The notes beneath the pieces are model-generated. The model was not told where the DNA came from. It worked only from the letters and a program-made list of their open reading frames with translations, and did no database searches. This document shows, piece after piece, positions 62,721 through 64,000 of a DNA stretch of 64,000 nucleotides. Each line of letters starts with the position of its first letter. The stretch's first letter is position 1. The DNA is taken from the NCBI RefSeq assembly GCF_004010195.1, contig NC_057719.1, positions 9,395,804-9,459,803 of the forward strand, written 5' to 3'. The DNA comes from Chiloscyllium plagiosum (lineage: Eukaryota). Position numbers and translations under genes: made by a program.

Positions 62721-63626
62721 TATAATCACTGGCTACGCAGGAGGGAGAGAGAAGTGGAACTAATTGCATGTGGATCCATGAGAGTCTGATTGTCCTCCGA
62801 AAGCTACACAATTCTATGATTCTGTAAGAAAGACTTGTAAATGTCCTATTTTTGTGGTAAAACAGGGGAGATTTTTGTTGGATCAATTGAGGATTTTCAA
62901 GGATATGGAAGATTTTGAGAATTATGCAAAAAAATGAAAGCTTGCTGGCTAATACATAACATTCAGGATTAGCCCGGATTATCATTAGAAGCAGCAAAGA
63001 GATTTTTTTATTTTAAAAAATGGTCATTAATGCATGTAATACCTTCCCACAAGCAACTCTTAAGGGAAAGACTGTCAAAGATTATAACAAAATTTAAAAT
63101 TGTATTTGACATACACAAAAAGATACATTGCAAAGGGCAGCTAAATTGGATTAGAATAGATAGCACAGATAAAGAGTTAATGCTAGTGATGAGGCTGAAT
63201 GGTCCCGTCGTGTGTTCTGATCTCTGTAATTCTACCATTGTTTCTGGTGAACTAGGTAACAAACAGGTCTTCACATCTGGTTTGTTAAACCTACTGCTTC
63301 TACAAGCAGATCCAACACTCTCGGTGACAAAAGTAATTGACAATTCCTTTGCCAAATGCCAAAGGAAGAACGCTGCTGAGTGCAGAGATGTCCAACGCGC
63401 CACTTCCTCAATAAGACATGAAACAGAGGTTTTTTCACAAGCTAAAATTTCTGTCTGAGATCAGTTGCAGTGTCCCAGTGAAGTCTAATGCAAGCTGCAG
63501 CAATAGTACCTCATTTTCCAACACTGAGTTCAAGAACTTCAGATCAGAACCTATTTTGCATCAATATCTCTCCTTTACTTTCATTATAAATCCCTTTGTC
63601 TTTTGCTCTGGACACCCTTACCATCT

Positions 63627-63804
63627 AGATTACAGTGGTGCTGGAAAAGCACAGCAGGTCAGGCAGCATCCGAGGAGCAGGAAAATCCTGATTCCTGATG
63701 AAGGGCCTTTGCCCGAAGTGTTGATTTTCCTGCTCCTCGGACGCTGCCTGACCTGCTGCGTTTTTCCAGCACCACTCTAATCTTGACTCTGATCTCCAGC
63801 ATCT
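63627..63804 (+). mobile_element. PLE-derived fold-back insertion (family A)
   Basis: agtggtgctggaaaagcacagcaggtcaggcagc...aggaaaatc mirrored around a decayed core (ctgatgaagggcctttgcccgaag). Confidence 0.85.
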
Positions 63805-64000
63805 ATTCCACTTGCTCCACCTTCCCCTCCCCATTATTTTCCAGGCCCCTTCACTTCTTAAGAAAATTTATTGGACTCAAAACATTAACTCTGCTTCTCT
63901 CCTCACAGGTGCTGGCAGACCTGCTGAGTTTCTCCAGCACTTTCTGATTTTAAACAGAGGCTCCCGTTCTGAAGGACATGTGGGAAAAAAAAAGTCCTAT

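Overview
This is eukaryotic vertebrate DNA dominated by repeats, with no prokaryotic features. The repeat families (HE1-type V-SINEs, HER1/CR1 LINEs, DeuSINE-like SINEs) point to a cartilaginous fish, probably a shark; this is an inference. There is an 829-N assembly gap at 4668-5496. I could not confidently identify any host protein-coding gene. Almost every ORF in the track is a CR1/Rex1/Tx1/Penelope fragment, a SINE-derived frame or a minisatellite frame, and a few unique stretches contain weak candidate exons. Other contents: two solo-LTR-like elements, a Tigger/pogo-type MITE, and 30-bp and 36-bp minisatellites. The most striking pattern is more than a dozen short Penelope-like (PLE) insertions from at least three families. 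Many carry minimal hammerhead-ribozyme cores (CUGANGA-A-stem II-GAAA), most have 7-15 bp target-site duplications (TSDs), and most are folded back into hairpins or palindromes by an inverted 5' end. Other notable structures are a CR1 insertion with a twin-priming-type inversion, two independent insertions just after the TATA box of both solo LTRs, an unclassified circularly permuted repeat, and several ARE/MARE motifs. Boundaries of old repeats are approximate; TSD and hairpin coordinates were read directly from the sequence.
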